The notes: generated by a model from the sequence alone, not told the origin. A DNA stretch of 64,000 bases from Auanema rhodensis (GCA_964057225.1 OZ059894.1:14632001-14696000); one strand, 5' to 3'. Shown: positions 50,801 through 63,771, counted from the stretch's first letter. Program-made: numbers and translations.

Positions 50801-53800
50801 AAATGCAACAAGTGTCTGATGAAGAACGATTCAACTCCAGACGTAGACTGTCGAGAAGAACCGGATGATGATGATGACTATGATGGGAAGGCGAGAAGAA
50901 GAGAAGAAAAAGAATAATATGGTGAAGAAATAGAAGAAGAAAAGAATCCGTTGATGGCTGACTGGGCCACCCACTGAGACTCTTATTCGCAACTTTATAT
51001 AATTTTAAAATCGTATGTATCTATATAAATACATAGTATTCGAAACTTGAAAGACAAAATTCATTGCAAAATCTTTGAACTTCTGCCAATTATGAGATCA
51101 TATTGAAAAGCTATCTGATACTGTTTCATGCGTTCTATTGCGAAAAGTAGGTAAAAGCATAGAAAGGCATGACCTCGTGCTCGACACCGAACCACCGGTT
51201 AAAAGATAAGAGGTAAGAGAAACTTGAATCATGTTCAATAATCTTTAAGGCATTTTCATTGTCAATTGTGCGGATAAGCTGGGCATTAGTTGTTTCTGAT
51301 ACAAGTAAACAGGATTGAGGAAGTAGCGTGTGTGGGTGAAACGAATAGCCGAAGAATATCAACATTAAGTTTTCACAAAAGTTAATAATAAATTTCATAT
51401 TGTTCCCATAGATTATAGATAGCAGATATCGTTTCATGCGTTTGTGCTAGCAAAGCAATAAACATGTAATCAAAATACTTTACATATCAGAAATTTATAA
51501 TTGTATTATATAATATTATGAAATTAAAGTGAAATATGATAGAAAAATGAATAAATAAACATATGAAAAACACAATATGAAATCAGTTCCAACTTAATTA
51601 TATAATATTTAAAGTTTTATTAGTTATATATGTATGTATGCATACATCTATCATCAATGATTACATCTTCTTATCAGCATAACTGATTAATTCTCATGAT
51701 TTTACCTCAGTATCTTCTCTCGAGTTGTATATATTGAAGAAGTTGACTTCAAACTTTAAGGAGAAAAAATTCTTGTTGAATGGATACATCTGATTCACAA
51801 CGATTCAGAATTGTCGGAAATTCTTTATAATAGACCTCCCAAATAGATCTTAACTTTCTTTTGTAAGAAAAGACCGTTTCACTTATTTCGCAGCAATTAA
51901 AGTTGATTCTTGGGTCTAGATCGTGTTGCTAAGTGCAGACTGATATTTATGGATTAGTAAGGATGAATGAACCTCGTGTATACTAAAGTCTTATTCTAGA
52001 ATGAAAATATTTTAGGAAAATGAGGAACAAGAGAGAGAGGGAGGGGAGAGAGAGAGAGGGAGAGATACAAAGAGGTAAAGAGGTAGATAGAGTATGAGAA
52101 ACGGTTGAAACAACTTAAAAGCGAAACAGATTCTCATCTCTAAAGCACTGTAATAGACCTCCCATTATAAGGCACGGATGACAGAACGTCCTTACATGAG
52201 CAGAAAATGTGGAAGAACAGGCTGAAACTAGCACAAACCTCATAAAAGCCATAAAATAATGATACGGTCGATAACGAAAAAGGGCTGTGATCCTGAGAAA
52301 TGGGCATCACCGATGGCGACAATACTGAATAGCATGAGAGAATAGACTGAGAACGTAAGGGAAATTGGGTTCGCCTCTCAACCTTTTATATTAAAATTGG
52401 GTAAAAACAACGATTTTACTTTAAAAAGCTATAAGTTGGTAGAAATTCAAAATAAGTTGGATTCAAGCCTTATACAATTACACTCTATTCTATAGTGTTT
52501 CAAAACAATTTTACAGAAAAAAATTAATCTATCTATTTCATTGTGTATGTTCTGTGTTAATAAGAATAGAAGAAAAGACAAAATAAAATGATTTGGAAAA
52601 ACATAGCTGACTATAAAACTTAAAGCATAGTTGTTAAAATGTTCATTGTCGAGAAATAAACAGAAAACATGCTTAAATAGATTGGATAAAGAAGAGAGAT
52701 AGCCGGAATTGAGATGAAGATGAGAGGACAAAACTATGAAAAGAAGTTCAGCTTACTATCGAAGGTAATTGGGTTCAGGATTTAAGACCATATTGTTAGG
52801 TAAGTAGAAGATGCAAGAAGGAGATAGACCGACAACCATTTAAGTACATGTTGATGAGTGGTTTTCCAACGAAATAGAAAGAACTAAGAAAGAAAAAGAT
52901 AAAGAGACATAGAGAGAGGATGAGAGGAAGTGCGAGTGCTAGAGTAAAAAAAATTGAGAGATAGAAAGAGATAGAAGAGGTAAGTGCAAATTAAAGAGAG
53001 AGCTGCAAAGAGAGATGGTAAAAGAGAAGATGTGGAAGAAGAGAGAATTGTGAGCTAGGGAATGGATAGCTTTGAACAAGAATAGCTGCAGCTTAGGACC
53101 ATGCTAATCAAATCAAACACCCATTGAACCCTTTTGCTTGTTCTGCATTTCATCTGGTAAGCTTAGTTCAACTTTAATTTAATGGTAAAAGAAAGAAGAA
53201 AGAAAATGAGAATATTAATAAATTGAAATATATCTATAATACTTTAGTTTGCAAATTATATTAAAATACTTGTTTTTATATAATAAATCCAAGGTATGTT
53301 CATATTATTACTTCATCTATTTCCCTTATTCAATCGTCAAACTATTAAAACTTTCCGTTTTCAAAGTAAATATGCACTTTTATTAAAAACCTATTGAATA
53401 AGCTTTGAATCTGTGAAGAACATCTCAAATTCTCTCCAAGTTACAAATCAAGAAAAATGAGAATGAAAGAAAAATTGTTCAAGTTCACTGCCCTCCAAGC
53501 ATAGTTTGTTCAATCTCATACATATGTATATTAAGATGAAAAGACTATTGAAAATATATAATTTGAGGAAAAGCAGAAAAACATAATTAAGTTTAATAAT
53601 AATAAATACAACCGCTCAGATCGTAAAAGTAAATATAAATAAAGAATAAAAATTTTTAAACTTTACGTGAAATTCACGTGAAACTTTAATTTTGTGCAGT
53701 TGATCTATGACTTTTAAATGCCTAAAACTGACGATTCTGAATTATTTTCAATCTTCTTATATTTAAACTAATAATCTTGAGAATTATAAATAAGCTATTA

Positions 53801-56800
53801 TATAAGTTATAACTCTCTATTTTCATATTTTTCGCATGCTTTCAGAGATGGCTGAAGGACCACGACTAAACTTCTTATGCTGTCTCCGATAAGTAACTTC
53901 AAATACGTTTTTCCAAAAAAAATTTAAAAACTGAAAGTATTTATTCAATATAGTTAGTTTAAACTATATGTTTATTTCCTATTAAAGAGACAACTGAATA
54001 GAAGATGGTCTGTGAATATGTGCTCAAATTAATCTTATTCAATTAAAATAAAATTAATAAATATATTTTATGTTATGAATATATAAAAATAATAAAATTT
54101 ATTTTATGAAAACAAAAATAACATGTATTTACATATACATTTGACAATACGTACTTGGAATTTTGAGGAAATTTCGTTCGACGCATCGGTAAAAGGCAAG
54201 AAAAACAGTAAGTATTTAGTATTTTATAAACGATTAATATATTATTTAAATCATTTTTTATTCTAATTATGATATTTTAGAAGCTATTTTCTCATGTTGT
54301 GATGTACTACCTGAAAATATTGATGATTCATCTTTAAAATGTTAAAACTTGCATACCATCTTTGAGTATATTAGATAAGTTAGGTGTTGGAACTGTTTGA
54401 ATATGTTGAAGATTATCAATTACTGTATTTTCTTAAATAAAAAAGAAAAATAAAAAATTTAATTTAATCTAAAAACCTGTATGTGATCGTGGTAAGCGTT
54501 CACTATCTGATTTGATGGTATCAAAATATTTGGCTGGATAATCAAAACTGTCATTTTGAATTCCCTAAACATAACTATAAGTATATAGGGCTAAAGCTTA
54601 AATTTCTTACAACCTTTGAAACATAATTTGGATCCCAGACATAGATGTAATAAACACTTAATGATAAAGCTGGTAGAGAAACAAAGAATATATATCCTAA
54701 GACTGTTAGAAATCGAATCCATCTGGAAATATTATATATAATAGTATACAGATATATATTAGACTAAGATAATATATAACATATTACTATATATTATGTA
54801 GAAAAATATTATTTTTGAATGAAAAATTGTTTAAAAGAATAGAAATATCGCTACAAAATCATACCTTTCTGGCTCACGAACAAATCTTTTTGCAGAGAAA
54901 AACTCATTTTGTGAAGATTTTCTGGATTCCATTACAGAAGAAAAGGCTCGAATTCAACAAAAGTCGTATTTTTATGTTTAGAAAAAATTTTGGAAGCTGA
55001 CAGCTCAAAAAAAAATGGATTTGTTGAAGTTTAGGGTAGAGATTTGAAAGAAAAATGCGAGGCCAATTCGATTTTCGTGGTTTGTTTGCAAACTTCTTTG
55101 GCTCAATTTGGAAGAATTCAAGGCAAGTTCAAAATTGACAGAGATTGGTAGAGAAGAGAGAGAGTGACAGAAAGATATGCAGCTTCTTTCAAGCTCACTT
55201 TACCATCGCTCTTCTAGACGGGCGGTTGCAGTATATAGATTTGTCTATGAGAGCATATCGTCTGCTTTCTTTTATTATTTTTTTAAAATTAAAGTTTTTA
55301 ATATGTAATATGAACTTACTTTTTATTTTCCCTCTGAGTAAATTTAGCTCGTTTATCAGATGTATAGACAGGTTGCTTCTGATAGCTTCGACGATGTCTA
55401 GCTGAATAATTATTTCCCGTTGAGCAGTTATTCATTTTTTCTAAAAAAATTTAAAACTAAATTCATTTTTTAACAAAGAAAATTGACAGAAAAGAAGAGT
55501 AAAATGGAGCAAATTTGAAGATGTCGTGATTGTTATTCGATATTTCAAACTATCAAGTTTAAGCTACACACTTAAGAAGTCTCTCATATCTCTATATTTC
55601 TTTCACAAAAAAATATTTAATTAATGATTATAATATATATATTTTTAATTTAAATATTAATAATACATATATAGTCATAGTATTATATTCTCTAAATACT
55701 TTTTTGAATGATATTTTTTTTGTAAAAATGAATTTTCTATGAGAATCACATGGTTTAGAATTGCATATTCATCTTATTTCTTTATCGATTTCAATAAATT
55801 ACTAATTCAAAAAAAAAGAAGAATATGAATTATTATATTTTAATTGTTTTCATATATTATTTAAAAAAAAAAATTTTATTTTAAACATATTTTTCTTAAT
55901 TTTCTTTTTACAATTATTTTACACATACAACTAATTAAGTTTTTAAATTGAAAGTTAATTTATAACTTAATTTGGAAAACGAACACATCGTAAGAGTTAG
56001 AGAAGAAACGAGAGATAAGGAAACCTATGAATAAATCAACTATAAAACATTTGGAATTCAGAAGACAAAGACTTCATGATCACAAGGATAGTGCTCTCCT
56101 GGTGAGGGACGACTAGAAGCCCGGGAGCAGCCTCGTCGTCTGCCGCACGTCGATCGATTGTCTGAGTCTCTTCATTTCGCATTCCATGTCATCCTCTCTA
56201 ACTTAGATATCATAAAGAGAATTAGGATGGCCCATTCACATATTCTCTCTTATTTTCCTTTTCCCTCTCTCTTTCTCTCGCTATCTTTAGCATTTCCTTT
56301 TGCCTATTTCCCGTACTTGTTCTCACTTAGCTTCTACATCGCCTTCTTCAGAACTGAGCTTTTCATTTTCAGACAAATCTTCTTCATCCATCCACATTCG
56401 TTCTATCCCATAAGTTAAGAAAGACTTATGGTTCTACGACCTACTGCTACTGCTGCTCTCAGAGATTACGTTTTGACCTAACCCAACAGCTTCTCTACCT
56501 CTCGGTATATCTTTCTCTTTAAGTTTCCGTAATCCACCAACTAATATCAAATATGATTGACAGATAATATATGAAAAGATAGAATGTTGATGGAATATGT
56601 ATGAAATTAGGATAACATCATTATATTTCCGTTTTATGCTCCATGTGTTTCAATAATAATTGTCAAATGTTGTATACCTGTATAATAAATTTTAAATATA
56701 TTATGTGTTTCTATTTTATATTTCAATTCAAAGAAACAATGTAAATCAAGAATATTATGAATATGTGCTCTGTTACAACATCAAAATCTTCGACACATCT

Positions 56801-57509
56801 TTAGAAACTCAATGCTCAAGGGAGCATTTCTTTGCAAAGATTCATATGCTGATGGCTTCACTCCTATTGGAATCTGCATATTGACCAGACAAGCAACAAG
56901 AAATAACAAAATCTTCATAACTCAGTTGCTCAACTTTGGCATCTATTATCGACTCAAAACGATATCTAGAGATTATTATCAAAAATGAAAAATGAATCGT
57001 GAGGTATGGTAACTGAACAAGAATGTCAGATTAGAATCTAAATTACTCATACGAATAAATTATACTCAGCTATAACTAATTACAGATGACCCATAACCTT
57101 GTGAGGTCTTCCAACCTCCTTCTTGATATTCAGCAACAGAAGCCCCATTAGCAACATGTTTAGTTCTGCCGCATGGTTATTTTTCTTTCCACGCCCCTTT
57201 TGCAAGTGACGCACAAAATGCGGTCAACAGTTGGCTCCGCCTATTTGTGCTGTAATCGGTGGCGTCCACAGCCTGCTGTTCATGCCTATGCTGTGCACTT
57301 TAACTAAATATTTTTTAGCTTAATAAACATATTTTGTTTATATTGATTTTTGTTCGAACTTTGTCTTCATTCTCACTTTCTATTCTGTCTTTTTTAAATA
57401 AATCAGAAGACTTTTAACAACTTAAAAAAAAGATTTATCATTGATTACTCATCAATAACAAAACTTTTTCCATAAAACTGTATTAAGCAACAGTTATCAC
57501 CATTTTATT

Positions 57510-57518
57510 TTGTTTCAG
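57510..57518 (+). promoter_or_regulatory. Likely SL trans-splice (outron) acceptor of unc-112
   Basis: TTGTTTCAG preceded by a T-rich tract, 38 nt upstream of the ATG, with no obvious nearby upstream donor. It could instead be a cis acceptor for a 5'UTR exon. Confidence 0.6.
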
Positions 57519-57556
57519 CTTTGATCAGAGTAACATCAATCTGATCTGTGGGTAAA

Positions 57557-60500
57557 ATGGCTCATTTAGTCGAAAATGGAACAGTTTTAGGTGACGGCTC
57601 TTGGAGCCTCCCAATTTTGATTACCGATATGAATATACAGAGGTACAGTTGAACACAAAGCACAAAGTTATTGTTATTATCTAAATTAGGAGTCTGTACG
57701 TAAGGGGAGATTTACATATTGGAGGTCTTATGCTGCGTCTTGTTCAGGAAGTCGGTCAGTAAATTATCTTACTGTTATAATTATTAAACATTAATAATCA
57801 ATATACATATATATATATATATCGATTATATTCTATTATCTATCATTTCCTAATCAATCTACTCATTTCGTTGAGAACCTATTAACTCATCATGTTTCTG
57901 CTATCAGTATAGAACATCTCATTATATATTTTTTTTAACCAAACCTCACATTCATTGCATAATTGCTTTTAAACAATATCCTTGAGAATCATCTCTTTGA
58001 TCGATTTAATGATTTCGATCCTTATATTCAATCTTTCATAGTTGCATTTTTTCGTGACTCTCAGCTGGTTTTCTGATTTCTTTCAAGGATAAACCGTAGA
58101 AGAAAGTTCTCGCTTTCCCATCCATTCATGGACACTTGACTATCTTCACAAATTTTCCCATAATATAAACATAAATATCTCTGGTTTCGAACCTAAAATA
58201 TTTTTTTTCTTTTAAAAAATACTTTCTTTTCACTATAAATATCAAATGGTTCAGTGAAATTCAAAATGTTTCGCTTTTCATATATACATTCTGTGGTTCT
58301 CTTCCCCTCTGATCAATGCTCTGTTCTCTGCCATTGGTTGGAAGGAAGGAAATCGAGGATGAGAATGTATGCTGGGAGGAGGAGAGGATAAAGGGGTAGT
58401 TGCTGCCGCCTACCCTTATTACACTGTTCATTCTAACCCCCTGTCTCTTTATAACTTTCTTTTAGCCACCCCCTCTTCCAGAGATTGAGAGGAAGGGTTG
58501 AAGGCAAAGATAAACAGGTTTAAATACTGAAGATAACGAGAGATCGAGAGATTCTAAGAGAGCTTCAATCTCACTAGAGCAATAAGATTTTTGTCTGAAG
58601 TTTTCATCTGTGTTCTATATTTTTGACACAGCCCTTCACTACAACCTTTCTTTCAAATCCAAAGCTCATCTATATAATCAAGTATAACAATAGCAAATCA
58701 TATAACCAAACGTTGGCATTTCTAAACAAATTCAAATCAAATGATGAGCATAATATCATAAAGGTTGATCAAATGGTAAAGTTCAAAAACGGGGAAGTAA
58801 TCGATGTGAATTCAATTGGCCATAGAGTCTAGGTTCACCAGACATTGAATCATAGGGGTCGCCGATCCTCACATATTTCTTTCTTCTCTTCTTTACCCTT
58901 TCAAAGTTTTTTTTATCCTACGACATCAACTAGTTTTTACTATTTTGGTAGCTATAGGAGGACAAAAGTGAAAAATCTTGACATAATCCTATTGATATCA
59001 TGATACTCTCTATATATATACCTGCATAACATACATCAAAAGAAAAACAACAGTTGAAAGTAATGCTTGAGAGATTGACTTATCTTCTTTAAAGGTCATG
59101 CTCTTTATACATGACAAACTATTTGATATCAAATAGTTGTTGTCATAGTAGTAGTAGTAGTAGTAATATTAGTTACTACTTTACTACTGTTGACAATGAT
59201 GATAAGATTGTAATAATACGAGCCAAAAGGATCATTTCTATCTATTCACTAGCATCCTCATATCATTCCATACAGTTATTGCTATTATCGATTACATTGA
59301 ATGTATGTCACATATTCTTATCTAGCGTATGCGATAAATGGAATGTTCATAACAACCTTGTACGTATAGCAGAAGGTACTCACATCCTTTACGATTTTGT
59401 TTCTATTGCTTCATAAATTTAAGCAAATCTAAAAATAAAAAAGATACATCTTTTATATTTTATATTATTATTTTGTAAATATGAGGATGATGATGATGAT
59501 GTTTTCTTTAATATTTAGCTTTGCTTTACCCCTTTTATTGATCACCTTATTTGTCTAAAGTATTGAAGTATACCTAGATTGGACCACAATCTTTATTTAT
59601 TTATATTGCTAGAGTAGAAGAAACGAATATAGAATACTAAGAATTAAGAGAAAGAGATAGAGAAAGAGAGGAGGGAATTTGAGAATGTAAAGGAACATCA
59701 AAGCTTTAGAATATAATGATCTAGAAAGGAACGGAAATTCATAGCTTTCTTTCTCTCTATCTCTCACCTTTCTTCCTTTCCTCTATTCTACCTTCTTCGT
59801 ATGTCATTAATCTGGTAATGGTAATGCATACGACCTGAGAAAAGAAGAACAAAAGTATCACACGATCATAAATATATTTTTTCTAAAGAAAGTATTAAAT
59901 CCTTTTTATTTTTTTGGGTCGAATAATAATTTGAATGATCAGTAATAGACCATTATGTATCCTTGTGAACATGGATGGTCAAATAACTACTTATGCTATT
60001 CACAAAATGTATGAAGCTTTTCATGTAACATCTGGCGTGACCAAAGACGAATAAGACAAGTACTGTTGATGAGCTAGCTTGCTAAATGCTTAGTTTGTGC
60101 AGAAAAAGGTTTTTCTCAAGATGGTTCAGTCACTAATCTTTTCATAAAATCTGAAAAATACATCAAATAATCTTAAATGACCTTCATTTTCTATCAAAAA
60201 CCAGTCGCTTGTGTATGAAAAGTTTATAAAAGGCTTGTTTTCGTAGTCAGAATATTAGTGTATTACGTTTTCTTCTTCTCTCTCTAGCTCTTATATATAA
60301 TATTAGTTGATAGACTTATATGCTCCAAAGCTCTGTAGTAGCCATCATGTTATAGTCTAACGCTAATTTGTCCCCAGACTCATAGATGATGAGCTATATG
60401 TTTCCCAGATTATATCATCAAATGAATGCCACAATTGCGCAGCTGCTACCCTGATCATAACTTGTACGAAATAAGCGCAGAATTTCCAAAGAAGCGATTT

Positions 60501-63500
60501 GTGCCTTACATGTCTATAAACTGAAACGATCAGCTGTAATAAAAATTTAAGAGCAACATCTTTACAGATATTTCCCGTGATTGGTCCGATCATGCATTAT
60601 GGTGGCCTGAAAAGCGTCGATGGCTACAGCATACTCGGTCAACATTGGACCAAAATGGTATCACTGCTGACAGTAAACTCGAATTTACTCCTATGCATAA
60701 GGATGTTAGGTATGATATTAAATAAATAAATAAAATATAAATCTAGATAAACCTGGTATGAGAACCGGTACGTTTAAACATAAACGTAAAGGGGTATTTC
60801 CAGGGAAATAATATGTCTAATAATCTTGTCACATTCGCGTTTATCAATTTGATATACGTGAGTACGAGAGCAGTAGCACATTTATAATATTATATTATTA
60901 TATAAAATTAAAATTTTAATAAATAAAACGAATGATACATACTTGGATTATAGAATTCAACTACCTGATCTTCAAATGATCGATGCCAGACTTGATTTTT
61001 CTGTCAATGTTGTGAGAGCCACTGGCAAACTTTGTCGAGATTTGGGACTACGACACGCTGAAGAACTTAGCTTGAAAAGGTACTTTTTCGTGAAATCCCT
61101 TTCAATATGATTTCATGTACTATTCTTTCCAGATATATTCCTCCAGACCAACTTAGAAAAGGAACTAATGATCCCGAAAATATGAGTGGCCCTGTGCCTA
61201 TCAGACCTGGAGAAGAATCTGTTGGTCCAATGACTCTGAGAAAAGCTACTCCAATCTTTGCTTCCCAATCGAACTTAGATAGACGTCGTCAACAGAGTCC
61301 CGCTCTCTCAACCTCTGGACATATATTCAATGCTCATGAAATGGGAACATTACCTCGCCATGGAACCCTGCCACGTGGAGCCAGTCCAAGTCCAGGAGCT
61401 GTAAGTATTTCTTGAAATTTAAAAATTGGAAAATGAGATAGAGATCTGGACGATTCCAACCTAAACAATAAAATACCAAGCCACATTTATTTATAAAAAT
61501 ATATTATTTACAGTACAACGGAACCATGGGTCGTGTTCCTATTATGCCTAGTGTCAGCTTCAGTGAAGGTATAGACCAGTTCATCAGCTTAATCATCAAT
61601 TTCTTATTTTTAGGCTTAGAAAGCGATCAGTTTGATATGGCTTTAGTACATTCTCCTCGTGTAGTAGCAACTAGAGATACACCTGTCTTCCGTCCTCAAA
61701 ATTATGTAGAAAAGGCTGCTCTTAACAGGGGATGGTTAGACTCTAGCAGATCATTGATGGAACAAGGAGTGTTTGAGGGCGATATCGTACTTCTTCGATT
61801 CAAATACATGTCATTCTATGATTTGAATCCTAAAGTATGAATCTTATTCGTATAATAATCCTAATTTCAAATATTACAGTATGATCCTGTACGTATTAAC
61901 CAACTTTACGAACAAGCTAAGTGGTCCATCCTTCTTGAAGAATTTGATCACACAGAAGAAGAAGCCACTCTGTTTGCTGCTCTTCAGGTATTTTTCCCTC
62001 ATATGTTCATTGTTCAAATTTTATATTTAGCTTCAAGCAACACTTCAACGAGATTCTCCAGAACCTGAAGGAAACGAAAAAGATGATGTAGACGTGATGT
62101 TGGATGAATTGGTACGAACTTGTTCAAATATTTTCAGACAATTGAATTTAAAAAATTAAGTCTATAATAGTTATTATGCGTTTTACAGGAGAAGAATTTG
62201 GATACAGCTGTAATCGGTGGACGTCATTCAGATTTGACACAAGTTCCTGAATTAGCTGATTATATCAAATACATGAAGTAAATTGTTTTTACTAGTTTAT
62301 TGATATAATTAATGAAATTTTAGACCTAAGAAGTTGGCTGCATTCAAAGGATTTAAGAGAGCTTTCTTCACCTTCCGTGATTTGTATTTGAGTTATCATC
62401 AAAGTTCTAGTGACATGAACTCTCCACCTCTTGGCCATTTTTCATTGAAAGGTAACAAAATCTTAAAGAAGAGAGATTTAATATTCTTAATAGGTTGCGA
62501 AGTCACTCCTGATGTTTCTGTATCTCAAGGCAAATATCATATCAAGTTACTTGTTCCAACCGCCGAAGGCATGACTGATTTTGTTCTCAAATGCGATACG
62601 GTATGTCATTGAAATCGAACAACAAATGTAATATTATATTTTTTCTAGGAATATCAATATGCTAGATGGATGGCTGCCTGTCGTTTGGCTTCTCGTGGAA
62701 AATCTATGGCTGATGCTTCTTACCAACAAGAAGTTGATAACATTAAGAGTCTTCTTCTTATGCAAGTAGTAAACGGACGTGAAAACAATGGTGCCAAGAA
62801 AGCTCAAGCAGTTAAATTGCCTTCTGACTTCAATGTTGACGAATATGTTTCATCTCGATATGTCAAACGTGCCCGAAGCAAGCAATCGGTATGTCAAGAG
62901 TCACAAATATTTCACTAAAACAATTGTTTTACAGCTACAACAAAGAATTTCTGATGCTCATAGTAATGTGCGACAACTAACATCGACGGATGCTAAGCTC
63001 CAATACATCAGGTATTAAACTTGTTTATGTGAACTTGAATTCATTGATATATAACAGAGCCTGGCAAGCGCTTCCGGAGCATGGATTACACTACTTTATT
63101 GTCCGTTTCCGAAACGGAAAGAAGAATGAACTTATTGGTATGTGTTAAGTTAATCTGATTAGGTTTCAACCAATAATATTTTAGGAGTAGCAACAAACCG
63201 TTTGGTTAAAATGAACATTGATAATGGAGAAAGTCTCAAAACATGGCGATTCACAAACATGAAGAAATGGCATGTTAACTGGGAGATTCGGCATTTGAAA
63301 GTTCAGTTCGAAGACGAAGATATCGAGTTCAAGCCTCTGTCAGCTGATTGCAAAGTATGTTTATCAAGTAATAATCAAAATAAAAAAAATATTTTGAGAT
63401 TGCTCACGAATTCATTGGAGGATATATATTCTTGTCGATGCGAAGCAAAGAACAGAATCAAACAATGAATGAAGAAATGTTCCATAAACTGACAGGAGGA

Positions 63501-63509
63501 TGGGCTTAA
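57557..63509 (+). CDS. unc-112: Kindlin (fermitin family; FERM F0-F3 with inserted PH domain), UNC-112 ortholog, 717 aa
   Basis: 17 exons: 57557-57642, 57690-57754, 60568-60709, 60954-61079, 61133-61400, 61514-61568, 61614-61834, 61880-61987, 62031-62111, 62189-62277, 62324-62451, 62494-62600, 62649-62888, 62935-63011, 63058-63137, 63185-63354, 63399-63509. Total 2154 nt, phases consistent. Motifs: [113 protein letters not shown], and terminal FHKLTGGWA*. Confidence 0.98.
60749..60883 (+). ncRNA. Intronic box H/ACA guide RNA (sno/scaRNA), predicted guide for U2 snRNA Psi41
   Basis: Hairpin-hinge-hairpin-tail structure in kindlin intron 3 (60710-60953). HP1: CCTGG 60752-56 / CCAGG 60800-04, with apical TACGTTTA-aaca-TAAACGTA. 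H box ANANNA at 60806-11 or 60808-13. HP2: ATTCGCGT 60833-40 / ACGTGAGT 60856-63, plus TATCA/TGATA. ACA box at 60878-80 followed by TTT. The HP1 pocket strands (60758-64, 60793-98) are complementary to U2 on either side of U41. Confidence 0.82.
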
Positions 63510-63638
63510 ATCGAGAAATGATAGAAGATTGGAAATATGCACCCTGTTTTACAAGCTCAAAACTTCAATTGCTATATCAATTATTTAAGTATTTTATTAT
63601 TACAGAAGCAGCATGTTGAACTACGTTCTTTAAGAGTT

Positions 63639-63771
63639 AATAAATGCAGATGTCATGTCTACTTATGATGATTTCAGTTTTGTATTTAATTTTTTTCATA
63701 TAATTGTCATCATAATGTCTGACTCAATCCATAATCGCGTGCCTTGTGCCACAAAAGAAAGGTTTAATAAA
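63639..63771 (+). terminator. Two candidate polyadenylation signals of unc-112 (AATAAA at 63639-63644 and 63766-63771)
   Basis: Canonical hexamers about 130 and 257 nt after the stop codon, each followed by AT/T-rich sequence. Confidence 0.55.
63736..63745 (+). promoter_or_regulatory. miR-124 target site in the unc-112 3'UTR
   Basis: CGCGTGCCTT is the exact complement of nt 2-11 of miR-124 (UAAGGCACGCGG...). It is a GC-rich 10-mer in an otherwise AT-rich UTR. Confidence 0.55.

Noticed and set aside
51117-51442. 12-bp direct repeat GTTTCATGCGTT ~305 bp apart; the first copy includes CTGTTTCA (piRNA Ruby core)
   Set aside because: No TIRs, poly(A) tail or coding remnant lie between the copies. 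One isolated Ruby core without the AT-rich flanks or a cluster is expected by chance.
57249-57266. GCTGTAATCGGTGG also present in kindlin exon 10 (~62207)
   Set aside because: A 14-nt match between two positions of a 64-kb window is expected by chance, and there is no flanking similarity.
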